Shown here: positions 16,865 through 27,162 of the stretch, one piece after another
How the letters are laid out: the number at the start of each line of letters is the position of its first letter
Position numbering within the stretch: position 1 is the first letter of the stretch
Assembly: GCA_902790965.1 (NCBI GenBank)
Contig: CADAUB010000001.1
Coordinates: 1 to 44,345 of the forward strand
DNA length: 44,345 nucleotides
Direction: 5' to 3'
From: an uncultured Eubacteriales bacterium
GTDB taxonomy: Bacteria; Bacillota; Clostridia; Peptostreptococcales; Anaerovoracaceae
Position numbers and translations under genes: made by a program
Notes under the pieces: model-generated
Databases searched by the model: none
What the model saw: the letters and a program-made list of their open reading frames with translations, nothing else
What the model was told of the DNA's origin: nothing

Positions 16865-17257
16865 TCAGATGCTCTTGGCTACCTTGCCAAGCACGGAATT
16901 GACGAATTTGTACGATCTTTCATCGCCGTATTTCTTGGCCAGTTCGACAGCTTCGTTGATGGAAACGCTTACCGGGATGCTTTCTACATAGAGCATCTCA
17001 GCTACGGCGGTCCTCAGTATGGCGAGCTCGGCCTTTGCTATCCTCTCGAATTTCCAGTTGTCGAGATTATCCTCGATCTTTTTATCGATTTCCTCGTGAT
17101 GTTCCTGAACGGCTTCGAGGGTAGCAGCAGCCTGTTTCTTATCGACAACATTGGCGCTTTCTTCAACAACGCTAAGATCAGAGACGTTGAAGTCGCCGGT
17201 GATGTCCATCTGATAGATGAGCTGCATGGTCTTTTCTCTAATTATTTCTCTTTTCAA
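16865..17257 (-). CDS. nusB: Transcription antitermination factor NusB
   Basis: REKTMQLIYQMD near the N-terminus and C-terminal FVNSVLGKV. TTG start preceded by AAAGGAG at ideal spacing. Confidence 0.93.
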   Translation of the reverse strand: MKREIIREKTMQLIYQMDITGDFNVSDLSVVEESANVVDKKQAAATLEAVQEHHEEIDKKIEDNLDNWKFERIAKAELAILRTAVAEMLYVESIPVSVSINEAVELAKKYGDERSYKFVNSVLGKVAKSI

Positions 17258-17270
17258 AATATCTCCTTTA

Positions 17271-17600
17271 TCAAGAAAGCATGGAATCAGGCTTGTCCAG
17301 GCCTTCGACTTTGATATTTACAGCTTTTACATTAACCCCCGCATTGTTTTCCAGATCGTTTTTTATCTTTGACTGGATATCGTAGCAGAGCTGAGGTATG
17401 TTGACGCCGAAATAAACTATGATCTCCAGATTGATCACCAGGCGATCGTCCTCTTCTGAGATCTTGATCCCCGGGCTTGTCTTGTCGCGTGAGAGCATAT
17501 TCTGGAGGTTGTCTGTAAAACCGGCGCCTGCAAACCGGCTCACCTCATCGAATTCGAAAACATCCTTCTCGATGAGATTGAATACTTGATCATCGGTCAT
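17271..17600 (-). CDS. Asp23/Gls24-family envelope stress protein (YqhY-like)
   Basis: 109 aa, immediately upstream of nusB as yqhY is in B. subtilis. Family-like GVNVKAVNIKVEGL C-terminus. Confidence 0.8.
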   Translation of the reverse strand: MTDDQVFNLIEKDVFEFDEVSRFAGAGFTDNLQNMLSRDKTSPGIKISEEDDRLVINLEIIVYFGVNIPQLCYDIQSKIKNDLENNAGVNVKAVNIKVEGLDKPDSMLS

Positions 17601-18891
17601 CTGAAGTTTCCTCCTCAGGCAGTATCCTGATGCGAAGTTTCTCTATTCTTCTGTCTTTGACATCGAGGATATCAAAGGCGTAATTCTCGTATGTTATAGT
17701 GTCGTATTTCACGTTTTCGCGAGGCACCTCGCCCATGAGATCCGTTATGAAGCCGTTTATGGTCTCACTGCTTTCAGATTCTAGCTCTATGCCTGTCTCT
17801 TCTTCGAGATCATCGAGATGGACATTTCCATCAACGATATAAGTAGTATCGTTAACTTTCTCGATGACTTCATCTTCTTCATCGAATTCATCATCGATAT
17901 CCCCTACGATCTGCTCGATTATGTCCTCAACGGAAACGATCCCGCTGAATCCACCATATTCATCGATAAGTATCGCGAGATGCTGTTTCTCCTTCTGGAG
18001 CTCTCTGAAAAGCGCGTCTATGTTCTTTGTTTCAGGCACGAAGTAAGCAGGCCTCAGAAGCTTACGTATGTTTACGTTATCGAAGCCCTTCTTCGTAGCG
18101 TTGTAAAGGTAATCCTTTATATGAAGAATACCTATGATATTATCGGGATCGCCTTCAAATACCGGGATCCTGGAGTGTGTAAGCTCCATTAGCTCTTCAA
18201 AGTACTCGCTTCTGTCACCGTCAGCCTCGATCATAAATACGTCTGTACGAGGAGTCATTATCTCGTAAGCGAGAAGATCGTCGAATTCGAATATCGAGTC
18301 GATCATCTGTATGCCTTCAGCATCGATGACGCCTGACTCGTGTCCCCTGTCGAGCATGGACATGACGCGTTCCTCTGAGAATACAGCGTCGTCTACGTCT
18401 GTGTCTTTGCCCAATATCTTCAGAATGATATTGGCTATACCCTTGCATATCCAAACGAGTGGATATGTGACGATGTAAATGAAACGCTGGAAGCCTATAA
18501 GGTTGGTGCCAGCCGTTTCGCTCGACTGCACAGCGATCTTCTTCGGAAGAATGTCCGAGAGCGCGGTGTACACGATATAAAAACAGATGTTAGCCAACAG
18601 AACATAATACCATTCAAACTTGTTGTAAATGAGGATGTTAAACAGCCAGAAGCATATGATTATGCTGATGAAGCTGGCCGCGTGATCCGCATAGTGGTAT
18701 CTAGATGGCTTAGAGAGGAAGAACGTAACCAGTTTCAATCTCTTGTTATCAGGGTCGTCTTCCAGGTCGTCCTTGATCTTTCCCCTGTCGATGTAATCAA
18801 GCGCGCGCTTGCACGCTACGACGAGGGCGTTGATGATCATTATAAGAATTATGATCGCGATCAATAAATATCGGGGGAAACTGTCGTCCAT
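17590..18891 (-). CDS. CNNM/CorC-type transporter ('hemolysin' family: DUF21 TM domain + CBS pair + CorC_HlyC)
   Basis: Four N-terminal hydrophobic segments. A CBS region begins at IMTPRTDVFMIE. The C-terminal domain (TYIVDGNVHLDDLEE...) is typical of CorC_HlyC. Confidence 0.88.
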   Translation of the reverse strand: MDDSFPRYLLIAIIILIMIINALVVACKRALDYIDRGKIKDDLEDDPDNKRLKLVTFFLSKPSRYHYADHAASFISIIICFWLFNILIYNKFEWYYVLLANICFYIVYTALSDILPKKIAVQSSETAGTNLIGFQRFIYIVTYPLVWICKGIANIILKILGKDTDVDDAVFSEERVMSMLDRGHESGVIDAEGIQMIDSIFEFDDLLAYEIMTPRTDVFMIEADGDRSEYFEELMELTHSRIPVFEGDPDNIIGILHIKDYLYNATKKGFDNVNIRKLLRPAYFVPETKNIDALFRELQKEKQHLAILIDEYGGFSGIVSVEDIIEQIVGDIDDEFDEEDEVIEKVNDTTYIVDGNVHLDDLEEETGIELESESSETINGFITDLMGEVPRENVKYDTITYENYAFDILDVKDRRIEKLRIRILPEEETSDDR

Positions 18892-20135
18892 TACTGTTCC
18901 TTCTTCTTTCTCAGGATAAATCCTTCTTCGGGAGGCCTATTGAATCTAATTTTTAGTATTTGCTGAGGATGAGGAGCGCTTTCTATCGGCGTACCCTCCT
19001 CGTCATACATCTCGGTGATGGTCTCTTCGTAAAACGGAGTGTAAGGCCCGAAAACCTCGATCACATCTCCTATCGAGAACTTGTTCCTCTGCTCTACTGT
19101 TGTAAGACCGCTTACCGGATCCGTCTCTCTGGCAAGCCCTACAAATGAGTAATCCCTGGTGTAGTCGCTTGTGAGGTAGTTCTGATCTTTGTCAGTTGGC
19201 TTGTTGTAATAGAAGCCATGTGTGAATTCCCTGTGGCTGGCTTTGCACAAGTCATCAAAGTGTGCAGGATCAAACTTGTAATTGGCGGTATCTGCGAGAT
19301 ACTCATCTATCGCAGCCCTGTAAGCGGATACCACAGTGGCCACGTAGTACATGGACTTCATGCGGCCTTCTATCTTGAGAGAATAGACTCCGGCTTCTGC
19401 GAGATCGGGGATCTTATCGATCATGCAAAGATCGCGGGAATTCAGTATATAACTTCCGCGCCCATCTTCTTCTATAGGGAAATATTCACCCGGCCTCTGC
19501 TCTTCAACAAGGGAATATTTCCAGCGGCAAGGATGGGTGCATGCGCCCTGGTTGGCGTCGCGCCCTGTCATGAAATTGCTCAGGAGACATCTGCCTGAAT
19601 ACGAGATGCACATAGCGCCGTGGACAAAAGCTTCGATCTCGATATCATCAGGAAGTTCGTCACGCATCTTGCGTATCTCTTCGAGGCTCATCTCACGGGC
19701 ACAAACTATGCGCTTTACACCGTGGGACGCCCAGAAACCGGCTGTCAGATAATTTGTAGTATTGGCCTGAGTCGACAGATGGATCTCGGCGCCAGGTATA
19801 AGCTCTTTGATAAGGAGCATAATTCCCGGATCTGAGACTAAAAAAGCGTCGATGGGAATATCCCTGATCTTGCCGAGATATTCTCTCAGAGGCTGAATAT
19901 CGCCGTTGTGGGCGTATATATTGATAGTCTGATACCCTTTTGCGCCGTTAGCGTGGAGCCAGTCCATGGCTTCAGCTATCTCATCTATGCTTAGATTCCC
20001 TGCCCCGGCTCTCAGGCTGAACAGCTCTCCACCGAAATAGACAGCGTCAGCACCGAATCTTACGGCAGTCTTCAGTTTTTCCATGTCGCCTGCAGGAGCA
20101 AGCAGTTCTATTTTATGTTTAGTGTTATTGTTCAT
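18891..20135 (-). CDS. Peptidase U32 family protein (YrrO/TrhP-like, implicated in tRNA ho5U34 formation)
   Basis: U32 signature EAFVHGAMCISYSGRCLLSN. Lies in the mltG-trmR-U32 arrangement equivalent to B. subtilis yrrL-yrrM-yrrN-yrrO. Confidence 0.88.
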   Translation of the reverse strand: MNNNTKHKIELLAPAGDMEKLKTAVRFGADAVYFGGELFSLRAGAGNLSIDEIAEAMDWLHANGAKGYQTINIYAHNGDIQPLREYLGKIRDIPIDAFLVSDPGIMLLIKELIPGAEIHLSTQANTTNYLTAGFWASHGVKRIVCAREMSLEEIRKMRDELPDDIEIEAFVHGAMCISYSGRCLLSNFMTGRDANQGACTHPCRWKYSLVEEQRPGEYFPIEEDGRGSYILNSRDLCMIDKIPDLAEAGVYSLKIEGRMKSMYYVATVVSAYRAAIDEYLADTANYKFDPAHFDDLCKASHREFTHGFYYNKPTDKDQNYLTSDYTRDYSFVGLARETDPVSGLTTVEQRNKFSIGDVIEVFGPYTPFYEETITEMYDEEGTPIESAPHPQQILKIRFNRPPEEGFILRKKKEQ

Positions 20136-20800
20136 TTACGTTTTATGATCGCAAGCCCGTCGCCCGAGCTAAGGATCGTGACCTCTAGGTCTTGGCGTTC
20201 TTTTATATATTCGAGGAACTGACGCATGTACTTGATGTTTGTACGATGGCGCTTAGCCTCTTTGCCCTCGCCTTCTACGATCCAGCCTTTCAGCAGGATA
20301 TTGTCACAGACGATATATGCATTATCTGTGGTGATGTCTTCTATGATCTCAAGGAAATCTTTATAGTGGCTTTTGGCGGCATCTATAAAGACGAAATCAT
20401 ATCTTAGAGCATCATCCGAAGCAGCCATCTCATCGCGTATGGACTCAAGTGTCTCAAGAGCTTCTCCTGTACGGAACTCTATGCGCGAACCTTCACTGTA
20501 AGATGCGAATCTTTCCTTTGCCGTGTCTATCATGTACGGGTTTCTGTCTATGGTAGTCACGTGAGCATCGGGAAGCATCTTGGCGAAAAACATCGCGGAG
20601 TAGCCGTGGGCCGTGCCGAGTTCGAGTACGCGCCTCGGCTTGACAAAGCCGAGCAAAAGCCTGAGAACAGCCTCGGTCTCCCTCATTATCAGAGGAACTC
20701 CTTCCGACTCATCACTTTCTCTCAGCTCGCGAAGCTCGTCATCAAGTGGCTCATGGAAACCGTCGATGAGATCCTTAAGCTTTTCGTCGATGACAGCCAT
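20132..20800 (-). CDS. trmR: Class I SAM-dependent O-methyltransferase, YrrM/TrmR-like (tRNA 5-hydroxyuridine methyltransferase)
   Basis: SAM site VLELGTAHGYSAMFFA and FVFIDAAKSHY (O-methyltransferase family 3). ATGA overlap with the U32 gene. The function is inferred from synteny. Confidence 0.7.
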   Translation of the reverse strand: MAVIDEKLKDLIDGFHEPLDDELRELRESDESEGVPLIMRETEAVLRLLLGFVKPRRVLELGTAHGYSAMFFAKMLPDAHVTTIDRNPYMIDTAKERFASYSEGSRIEFRTGEALETLESIRDEMAASDDALRYDFVFIDAAKSHYKDFLEIIEDITTDNAYIVCDNILLKGWIVEGEGKEAKRHRTNIKYMRQFLEYIKERQDLEVTILSSGDGLAIIKRK

Positions 20801-21825
20801 CAGTTCGCTTCATCCTCCTGTGCCTCAGGATCATCCTGAGCTTCTTCGGCAGCACTTTCTTTTACGGCTGCTTCATACTCTTCGAGCCATGCCTGATACT
20901 CAGCCTCGTCTGAAGTGAACTTGTGAGTACCGTCAAGGCTGCTGCTCAGGACATAATAAGTGTCCTCTGTTTCCTCCGGATAAAGAGCCGCTATGATGGA
21001 CTCCTTGCTCGGAGTGCAGATAGGCACATCGTATATCTCTTTATCGTCGGTCATTTCCAGATTATATCTGTTGTGAAGGACGGCGGATATCTTTGCTCTC
21101 TCGCTGTCAACAGACGTTTCCTTTTCGATGACTGAAGCGATGGCAAGCACGTCTCTTACGTCCATTCCCATCTCTTCGGCTCTGGCCCTGTAGTCATCGT
21201 TGTAGAAATTTGAGAAAGCGTCGATCATCATGATGATTAGCATGCTTTCATCTACATCGTCTGAACTCAGTGTGTAGTCTGTAGGCAAAAGGAATCCTTC
21301 GATGAGATCTGTTCCCTTGATATCCGGATGCTCGTCGAGGCCCTCCTGGAGCAATTCGATCTGCATCAGATCAGGAGAAGCGGCAGCTTTGAGGAACTTA
21401 TCCTTGTCTGCGATGCCGTCTCTGTCGAGAGCTGTAGCTATCTGCTCGAGCGTAAGGCCTGCAGGAATGGTGAAACCCTTCGATGTCGTGAGGCCGTTGG
21501 CAAGAGCGTGGATGATCTCAAAGGAATTCTGCGATGGCGACAGGAAGTATGTTCCCGGTCTGAAATTACCCGTGAATGAGAGCTTTAAAAGCAGCTCAAA
21601 ACGTGTGGCGTCACTGACCAAGCCGCTCTCATAGAGCTTTTCGGCTACCTGAGCCTTAGTATCGTTTTCCTCCACTACAAAATTCTGATAAGTGGCATCA
21701 GTCCTGTCGCAAGGCCTTGAGAGCATGAAAACTCCCCACAGCGCTAATGCTGACAGGACAAGAAGTATGCCGATTATCCGTAGAGGCTTTCTGAAACGTT
21801 TGACCGTCTTTTTACTTTCGGTCAC
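20800..21825 (-). CDS. mltG: Endolytic murein transglycosylase MltG (YceG-like)
   Basis: N-terminal TM segment (LRIIGILLVLSALALWGVF) and a YceG domain with catalytic-region motif ASVIEKETSVDSERAKISAVLHNRYN. The start is uncertain. The frame is open to a TTG at 21939 inside efp. I chose the GTG at 21825, downstream of AAAGGAG. ATG 21900 and TTG 21855 are alternatives. Confidence 0.8.
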   Translation of the reverse strand: MTESKKTVKRFRKPLRIIGILLVLSALALWGVFMLSRPCDRTDATYQNFVVEENDTKAQVAEKLYESGLVSDATRFELLLKLSFTGNFRPGTYFLSPSQNSFEIIHALANGLTTSKGFTIPAGLTLEQIATALDRDGIADKDKFLKAAASPDLMQIELLQEGLDEHPDIKGTDLIEGFLLPTDYTLSSDDVDESMLIIMMIDAFSNFYNDDYRARAEEMGMDVRDVLAIASVIEKETSVDSERAKISAVLHNRYNLEMTDDKEIYDVPICTPSKESIIAALYPEETEDTYYVLSSSLDGTHKFTSDEAEYQAWLEEYEAAVKESAAEEAQDDPEAQEDEAN

Positions 21826-21835
21826 TGATAGATCA

Positions 21836-22399
21836 CTACTCCTTTGATCTTCCAAGGTACTCACCGCTTCTTGTATCGATCTGGATCTTCTCTCCTTCAT
21901 TGATGAAGATAGGAACCTGGATAACAGCGCCGGTCTCAACTGTAGCTGCCTTAGTTACGTTAGTAGCTGTGTCGCCCTTTACGCCAGGCTCAGTCTCGAT
22001 TACCTCGAGGTCAACGAAGTTAGGAGCTTCAACGTCGAATGCGTTGCCCTTGTAGAACTTTACGGTAGCTACATCGTTCTCGCGGATGTACTTTACAGCC
22101 TCAGCAACGAGCTCAGCAGTCAGAGGGACCTGATCGTAAGTCTCCTGATCCATGAAGTAGTAGAGCTCGCCGTCGTTGTAGAGATACTGCATCTGCTTGG
22201 TCTCGATGTGAGCCTTAGGGAATTTGTCGTTAGGGTTGAAAGCTTCTTCTCTTGTAGCACCTGTCAGAATGTTTCTGTATTTGGTTCTTACAAAAGCAGC
22301 TCCCTTGCCCGGCTTTACATGCTGGAAGTCGAGCACGACATGTGGCTCTCCGTTAAGCTCAAATGTGATACCTTTTCTGAAATCTCCTGCACTGATCAT
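21836..22399 (-). CDS. efp: Translation elongation factor P
   Basis: [46 protein letters not shown]. 187 aa. Confidence 0.97.
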   Translation of the reverse strand: MISAGDFRKGITFELNGEPHVVLDFQHVKPGKGAAFVRTKYRNILTGATREEAFNPNDKFPKAHIETKQMQYLYNDGELYYFMDQETYDQVPLTAELVAEAVKYIRENDVATVKFYKGNAFDVEAPNFVDLEVIETEPGVKGDTATNVTKAATVETGAVIQVPIFINEGEKIQIDTRSGEYLGRSKE

Positions 22400-22432
22400 T
22401 GGTTTGTTTCTCCTTGTGTAAATAGTAATAAT

Positions 22433-22765
22433 TTATTCTTTTATCTGCATTGCCTCTCCGATGATGCCGAATACATCGTTCATCATTACGGAGAATGCGC
22501 TTTGTGCCGTAAGATACTGTGCGGCAAGCGGCTTAGTGGCCGCCATAGTGCTCAGGCTCTGGATGCGCTTTATCATCTCGGAATCAGGCGTCTGCCCTGT
22601 CATCTGGGAAGCCTGGATAGTCATCTGGAGTTCCTGGAGCTCCTTGAGCATCTCAGTGATCTCCTTGTCTTCGTCAACAAGCCTTCTCAGTCTGTCAAAT
22701 TCTTTGAATTCACCTGACTCCTTGATAGCCTTAGCCAGGCTGTGAGCCTCGTCATAAACATTCAT
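22433..22765 (-). CDS. YlbF/YmcA/YheA-family (UPF0342-like) helical protein
   Basis: 110 aa. N-terminus MNVYDEAHSLAKAIKESGEFKEFDRLRRLV matches the family pattern (NxYD..A..L..AI..S.E.K). SD AGGAGG. The sequence contains no cysteine. Confidence 0.7.
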   Translation of the reverse strand: MNVYDEAHSLAKAIKESGEFKEFDRLRRLVDEDKEITEMLKELQELQMTIQASQMTGQTPDSEMIKRIQSLSTMAATKPLAAQYLTAQSAFSVMMNDVFGIIGEAMQIKE

Positions 22766-22777
22766 GGCATTTTCCTC

Positions 22778-24622
22778 CTATACGTATAGAATTACCGGGA
22801 TTATGACCGGATTCCTCTTAGTTTCTTTGTATATGAACGCTTTCATATCTGATTTGATGGCACGCGTCAGCGAAGCTTCATCGAGAGCTCCCTGTGAAGA
22901 ACTCTTCCCAATAGTATTATACACTACGTTGATAGCTTCGTTGATAAGGCCCATATTTTCTTCGACATAGACGAAGCCTCGTGTCGAAAGCTTTGGCTCT
23001 GCCATAAGCGATCCGGTTGCCTGGTCTATGGCAACGGATATGGTGATTAGGCCCGACTGCGAAAGTGTTTTTCTGTCCTTAAGAACTACGCTTCCGACAT
23101 CTCCGACGCCGTATCCGTCTACCATCACGTCTTCACCGGACGTGAACTTCTTGATGACCTCAGCCTTGGATACGTCTATCGAAAGAGCGTCTCCATTGCC
23201 CATGACAAAGACTTTGTTCTTAGGCTGGCCGAGCGCTACGGAGAGCTTGGCGTGCTCTATCAGATGCCTGTATTCGCCGTGAGCCGGCATGAAATACCTT
23301 GGCCTGATAAGAGTATGGATCAGCTTTAACTCTTCCTGCGAAGCGTGGCCCGATACATGGACATCCATGGATGAAGCGAGCACCACTTCGACTTCCTTCT
23401 CATATAGCTTGTTGACTACCTGGGACACTACCTTTTCGTTGCCCGGTATCGGTGAAGACGAAAAAACGACGACGTCATTTTTCTTTAGTTTTACCGATTT
23501 GTGGTTGTCGTTGGCCATCCTGGTAAGAGCGCTCATAGGCTCTCCCTGGCTGCCGGTGGTGATGATGGTGATATTTCTGTCCGCTATGTTTTTAGTCTCG
23601 CCTATCTTTACGAATACCGACTCAGGTATGTCATCTAAATATCCGAGCTTTTTAGACAGCTCTATCACGTTTTCCATCGACCTGCCTGATACCGCGATCC
23701 TTCTGTGATGCTTCATCGAAGCTTCGATGAAATATTTTATCCTGTGAAAGTTGGATGCGAAGGTTGCGATGATGATGCGGGCATCTGTGTTGTTGAAGAT
23801 ATCGTCGATGGAACTTCTTACAACAGCCTCCGATGGAGTAAAGCCCTTCCTGTTGACGTTAGTACTGTCGCAAAGCAGAAGATCTACGCCCTCGTCTCCA
23901 AGACGCGAGAAGCGGTTGAGGTCTATCACCCTGCCATCGAGTGGCGAATAATCGATCTTGAAATCGCCGGTATGTACAAGAGTATTTCCTCCGAACTTGA
24001 CTGCATATGCGAGAGAGTCGGCTATGCTGTGATTTGTCTGTATCGCCTCAACGCTGAACGAACCTATGTTGAAGGTATCGCCGGCTTTGATGACGTGAGT
24101 CTCACAGCTTAGGAAGTTCTCTTCAAGCTTGTGCTCGATCATTCCCATGGCCAACGGAGAAGCGTATACCGGCACCTGCACTTCCTGGAGCAGATACGGT
24201 ATACCTCCGATGTGGTCTTCGTGGCCATGCGTGACTATAAGGCCTTTGATCTTTTCCATATTTTCCCTGATGTATGTGAAGTCGGGGATAACTATATCGA
24301 TTCCGAACATCTCGTACTCAGGAAAAGCGAGCCCGCAGTCTATGATAAGGATCTCGTCATTGCATTCGATGAGAGTGCAATTCTTGCCGATTTCTTTGAG
24401 TCCGCCAAGCGGGATAACTTTGAACGGAGCCTTTTCCGGTTTCTTAGGCTTCCTGACGACTGGCTTTGCTTTCTTTTTGGCGGCCTGCTTGTTACTGAGC
24501 TGTTTAGGCTTGCTATTGCTGACCGCCTTTTTTATTGTGCTCGCGGCACTCACCTTCTTTTTGGTGGTGCGCTTCGGTTTGTTATTCTGTCTGTTACTTG
24601 TTTTATTCTGTGTATTAGTCAT
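22778..24622 (-). CDS. rnj: Ribonuclease J with a Lys-rich N-terminal extension
   Basis: The core begins at FKVIPLGGLKEIGKNCTL. MBL motif IVTHGHEDHIGG, followed by beta-CASP and a C-terminal domain. There is no in-frame alternative start between residue 1 and the core. Confidence 0.93.
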   Translation of the reverse strand: MTNTQNKTSNRQNNKPKRTTKKKVSAASTIKKAVSNSKPKQLSNKQAAKKKAKPVVRKPKKPEKAPFKVIPLGGLKEIGKNCTLIECNDEILIIDCGLAFPEYEMFGIDIVIPDFTYIRENMEKIKGLIVTHGHEDHIGGIPYLLQEVQVPVYASPLAMGMIEHKLEENFLSCETHVIKAGDTFNIGSFSVEAIQTNHSIADSLAYAVKFGGNTLVHTGDFKIDYSPLDGRVIDLNRFSRLGDEGVDLLLCDSTNVNRKGFTPSEAVVRSSIDDIFNNTDARIIIATFASNFHRIKYFIEASMKHHRRIAVSGRSMENVIELSKKLGYLDDIPESVFVKIGETKNIADRNITIITTGSQGEPMSALTRMANDNHKSVKLKKNDVVVFSSSPIPGNEKVVSQVVNKLYEKEVEVVLASSMDVHVSGHASQEELKLIHTLIRPRYFMPAHGEYRHLIEHAKLSVALGQPKNKVFVMGNGDALSIDVSKAEVIKKFTSGEDVMVDGYGVGDVGSVVLKDRKTLSQSGLITISVAIDQATGSLMAEPKLSTRGFVYVEENMGLINEAINVVYNTIGKSSSQGALDEASLTRAIKSDMKAFIYKETKRNPVIIPVILYV

Positions 24623-24645
24623 AAGTATCGAAGCCGCTTGCTTCT

Positions 24646-27147
24646 TTACTTAACGACGAAGTTTATGATCTTGTTTGGTACGTAGATCACCTTGACAACT
24701 TCGCGTCCGGACACTGCTTCTTCAAATCTGTCCGATGCTCTGGCGGCTTCTTCTACTACCTCCTTTGCTGAGTTGTTAGGCATCATAAGCTTATCTTTAA
24801 GCTTGCCGTTTATCTGTAAAATAACTTGTATCTCGTCCTTGACGAGTGCTGATTCATCGTATTTAGGCCATTCGTGGTTGTAAAGCCTGTCCTCGTGACC
24901 AAGCTGGTTCCACAGCTCTTCTGTGAGATGTGGTGAGAACGGGTTGAGAAGCACGAGAAGTGTCTCGATAGCCTTGTTGAAGAGAGGCTTGTTGATCTCG
25001 CCGTTCTTGTATTTGTACATCTCGTTAACGAGCTCCATTATCGAGGAAATGGCTGTGTTGAAGTTGAATCTTCCGCCGGCATCCTCGGTAACTTTCTTGA
25101 TGGCCGTGTTGAGCATGAGATTGAGCGACTTGTCGGCGGCGCTATCGCATACCGGCTCAGCGAACTCAGTCTCATCTCCCCTAATATCGTTAATATATTC
25201 GTTTACAAGTCTGTAAACACGGTTGAGGAACCTGTAGCTGCCCTCTACACCTTCGTCGCTCCAGTCGAGTTCCTTTTCAGGAGGAGCAGCGAACAGTATG
25301 AAGAGCCTTGCTGTATCGGATCCATATTTTGCCTGGATGTCGGATGGAGCAACGACGTTGCCGAGAGATTTACTCATCTTGGCCTTGACGTAATTGCCGT
25401 CTTTGTCCGTATATCCCTTGATGACCATGCCCTGTGTAAGGAGATTATCGAATGGCTCCTCTGCGTCACAGAGACCGAGATCGTGGAGTACCATCTGGAA
25501 GAATCTCGAATACATCAGATGGAGGATAGCGTGCTCAACTCCGCCAATGTACTGGTCTACGCTCATCCAGTAATTGACCTTGGCCGGGTCGAATGCGGCC
25601 TTGTCGTTCTTGGCGTCACAATATCTGAGGAAGTACCATGAGGAATCGAGGAATGTATCCATAGTATCGATCTCTCTCTCAGCTTCCCCGCCGCACTGTG
25701 GGCATGTGCACTTTCTGAATGTCTTTGAAGTAGTAAGTGGAGATTCGCCCTTACCTGTAAATTCAACGTCTGTAGGCAGCAATACAGGGAGATTCTCTTC
25801 CTTTTCAGGCACCCATCCGCACTTATCACAGTAGATCATAGGGATAGGTGTTCCCCAATATCTCTGACGGCTGATGAGCCAGTCTCTGAGCTTATAGTTG
25901 ACTGTCTTTTTGCCGAGACCTTTGCTCTCAAGATCTTCAGTGATCTTTACGATAGCTTCTTTATTGTTAAGACCAGTATATTCTCCCGAGTTGATCATTG
26001 TACCTTCGGCAATAGCAGCCTTTGTGAGGTTATTGAGATCTACATCAGGAACATCAACTACAGGGATGATATCGAGGCCAAACTTCTTGGCGAACTCGAA
26101 GTCTCTCTGGTCGTGAGCAGGAACAGCCATGATGGCTCCTGTTCCGTAGTCCATCATTACGTAGTCAGAGATGTAGATAGGCACTTTAGCGCCGTTTACA
26201 GGGTCTATAGCGTAGTGACCGATGAATTCTCCTGTCTTTTCCTTTGTAAGAGATGTTCTCTCGAGTTCGGACTTATGGGCGCACGCCTCAACGTAAGCAT
26301 TAACAGCCTCTTCGTACTCTGTACCCTTTGTGAGCTCTGCTACGAACGGATGCTCAGGAGAGAGTACCATGTAAGTAACACCAAAGAGTGTATCCGGCCT
26401 TGTTGTATAAACTACGAGCTCTTTGTCTGTACCATCGATCTTGAACATGACTTCAGCACCTTCAGAGCGGCCGATCCAGTGTTCCTGCATGGACTTTACT
26501 TTGTCTGGCCAGCCAGGCATATCCTTGAGATCCTTGAGCAGTCTGTCGGCATAATCTGTGATCTTGAGATACCACTGTGACAGGTGCTTTTTAGTTACAG
26601 GTGTATGGCAGCGCTCGCAGGCACCGTCTACTACCTGCTCGTTGGCAAGTACTGTCTGGCAGCTTGGGCACCAGTTGACCGGATTGTCCTTTTTATATGC
26701 GAGACCCTTCTTATAGAACTGGATGAAGATCCACTGCATCCACTTGTAGTAATCAGGCTTGCATGTAGCGACTTCCCTGTCCCAGTCATAGCTGAGGCCG
26801 AGGGATTTTAGCTGTTCACGCATGTCATCCATGTTCTGGTTGGTCCATGTAAACGGATGGATATTGTTCTTGATAGCCGCGTTTTCAGCAGGCAAGCCAA
26901 AGGAATCCCATCCCATAGGATGAAGCACGTTGTAGCCCGCCATCTTCTTGTATCTGGCGATAACATCTCCGATGGAATAGTTCCTTACGTGTCCCATGTG
27001 GAGTTTTCCGGAAGGATACGGGAACATCTCGAGTACATAGTACTTCTCTTTGTTTGGATCCTCTACTGTCTTGAAGGCCTCTTCCTCAGCCCAGATCTTC
27101 TGCCATTTTGCTTCGATTCCAGCAAAATCGTACTTGTCGTTACGCAT
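24646..27147 (-). CDS. leuS: Leucine--tRNA ligase
   Basis: HIGH-type motif [13 protein letters not shown] and KMSKS ([10 protein letters not shown]). 833 aa. SD GAGGAG. Confidence 0.98.
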   Translation of the reverse strand: MRNDKYDFAGIEAKWQKIWAEEEAFKTVEDPNKEKYYVLEMFPYPSGKLHMGHVRNYSIGDVIARYKKMAGYNVLHPMGWDSFGLPAENAAIKNNIHPFTWTNQNMDDMREQLKSLGLSYDWDREVATCKPDYYKWMQWIFIQFYKKGLAYKKDNPVNWCPSCQTVLANEQVVDGACERCHTPVTKKHLSQWYLKITDYADRLLKDLKDMPGWPDKVKSMQEHWIGRSEGAEVMFKIDGTDKELVVYTTRPDTLFGVTYMVLSPEHPFVAELTKGTEYEEAVNAYVEACAHKSELERTSLTKEKTGEFIGHYAIDPVNGAKVPIYISDYVMMDYGTGAIMAVPAHDQRDFEFAKKFGLDIIPVVDVPDVDLNNLTKAAIAEGTMINSGEYTGLNNKEAIVKITEDLESKGLGKKTVNYKLRDWLISRQRYWGTPIPMIYCDKCGWVPEKEENLPVLLPTDVEFTGKGESPLTTSKTFRKCTCPQCGGEAEREIDTMDTFLDSSWYFLRYCDAKNDKAAFDPAKVNYWMSVDQYIGGVEHAILHLMYSRFFQMVLHDLGLCDAEEPFDNLLTQGMVIKGYTDKDGNYVKAKMSKSLGNVVAPSDIQAKYGSDTARLFILFAAPPEKELDWSDEGVEGSYRFLNRVYRLVNEYINDIRGDETEFAEPVCDSAADKSLNLMLNTAIKKVTEDAGGRFNFNTAISSIMELVNEMYKYKNGEINKPLFNKAIETLLVLLNPFSPHLTEELWNQLGHEDRLYNHEWPKYDESALVKDEIQVILQINGKLKDKLMMPNNSAKEVVEEAARASDRFEEAVSGREVVKVIYVPNKIINFVVK

Positions 27148-27162
27148 TACATTTCTCCTCTG

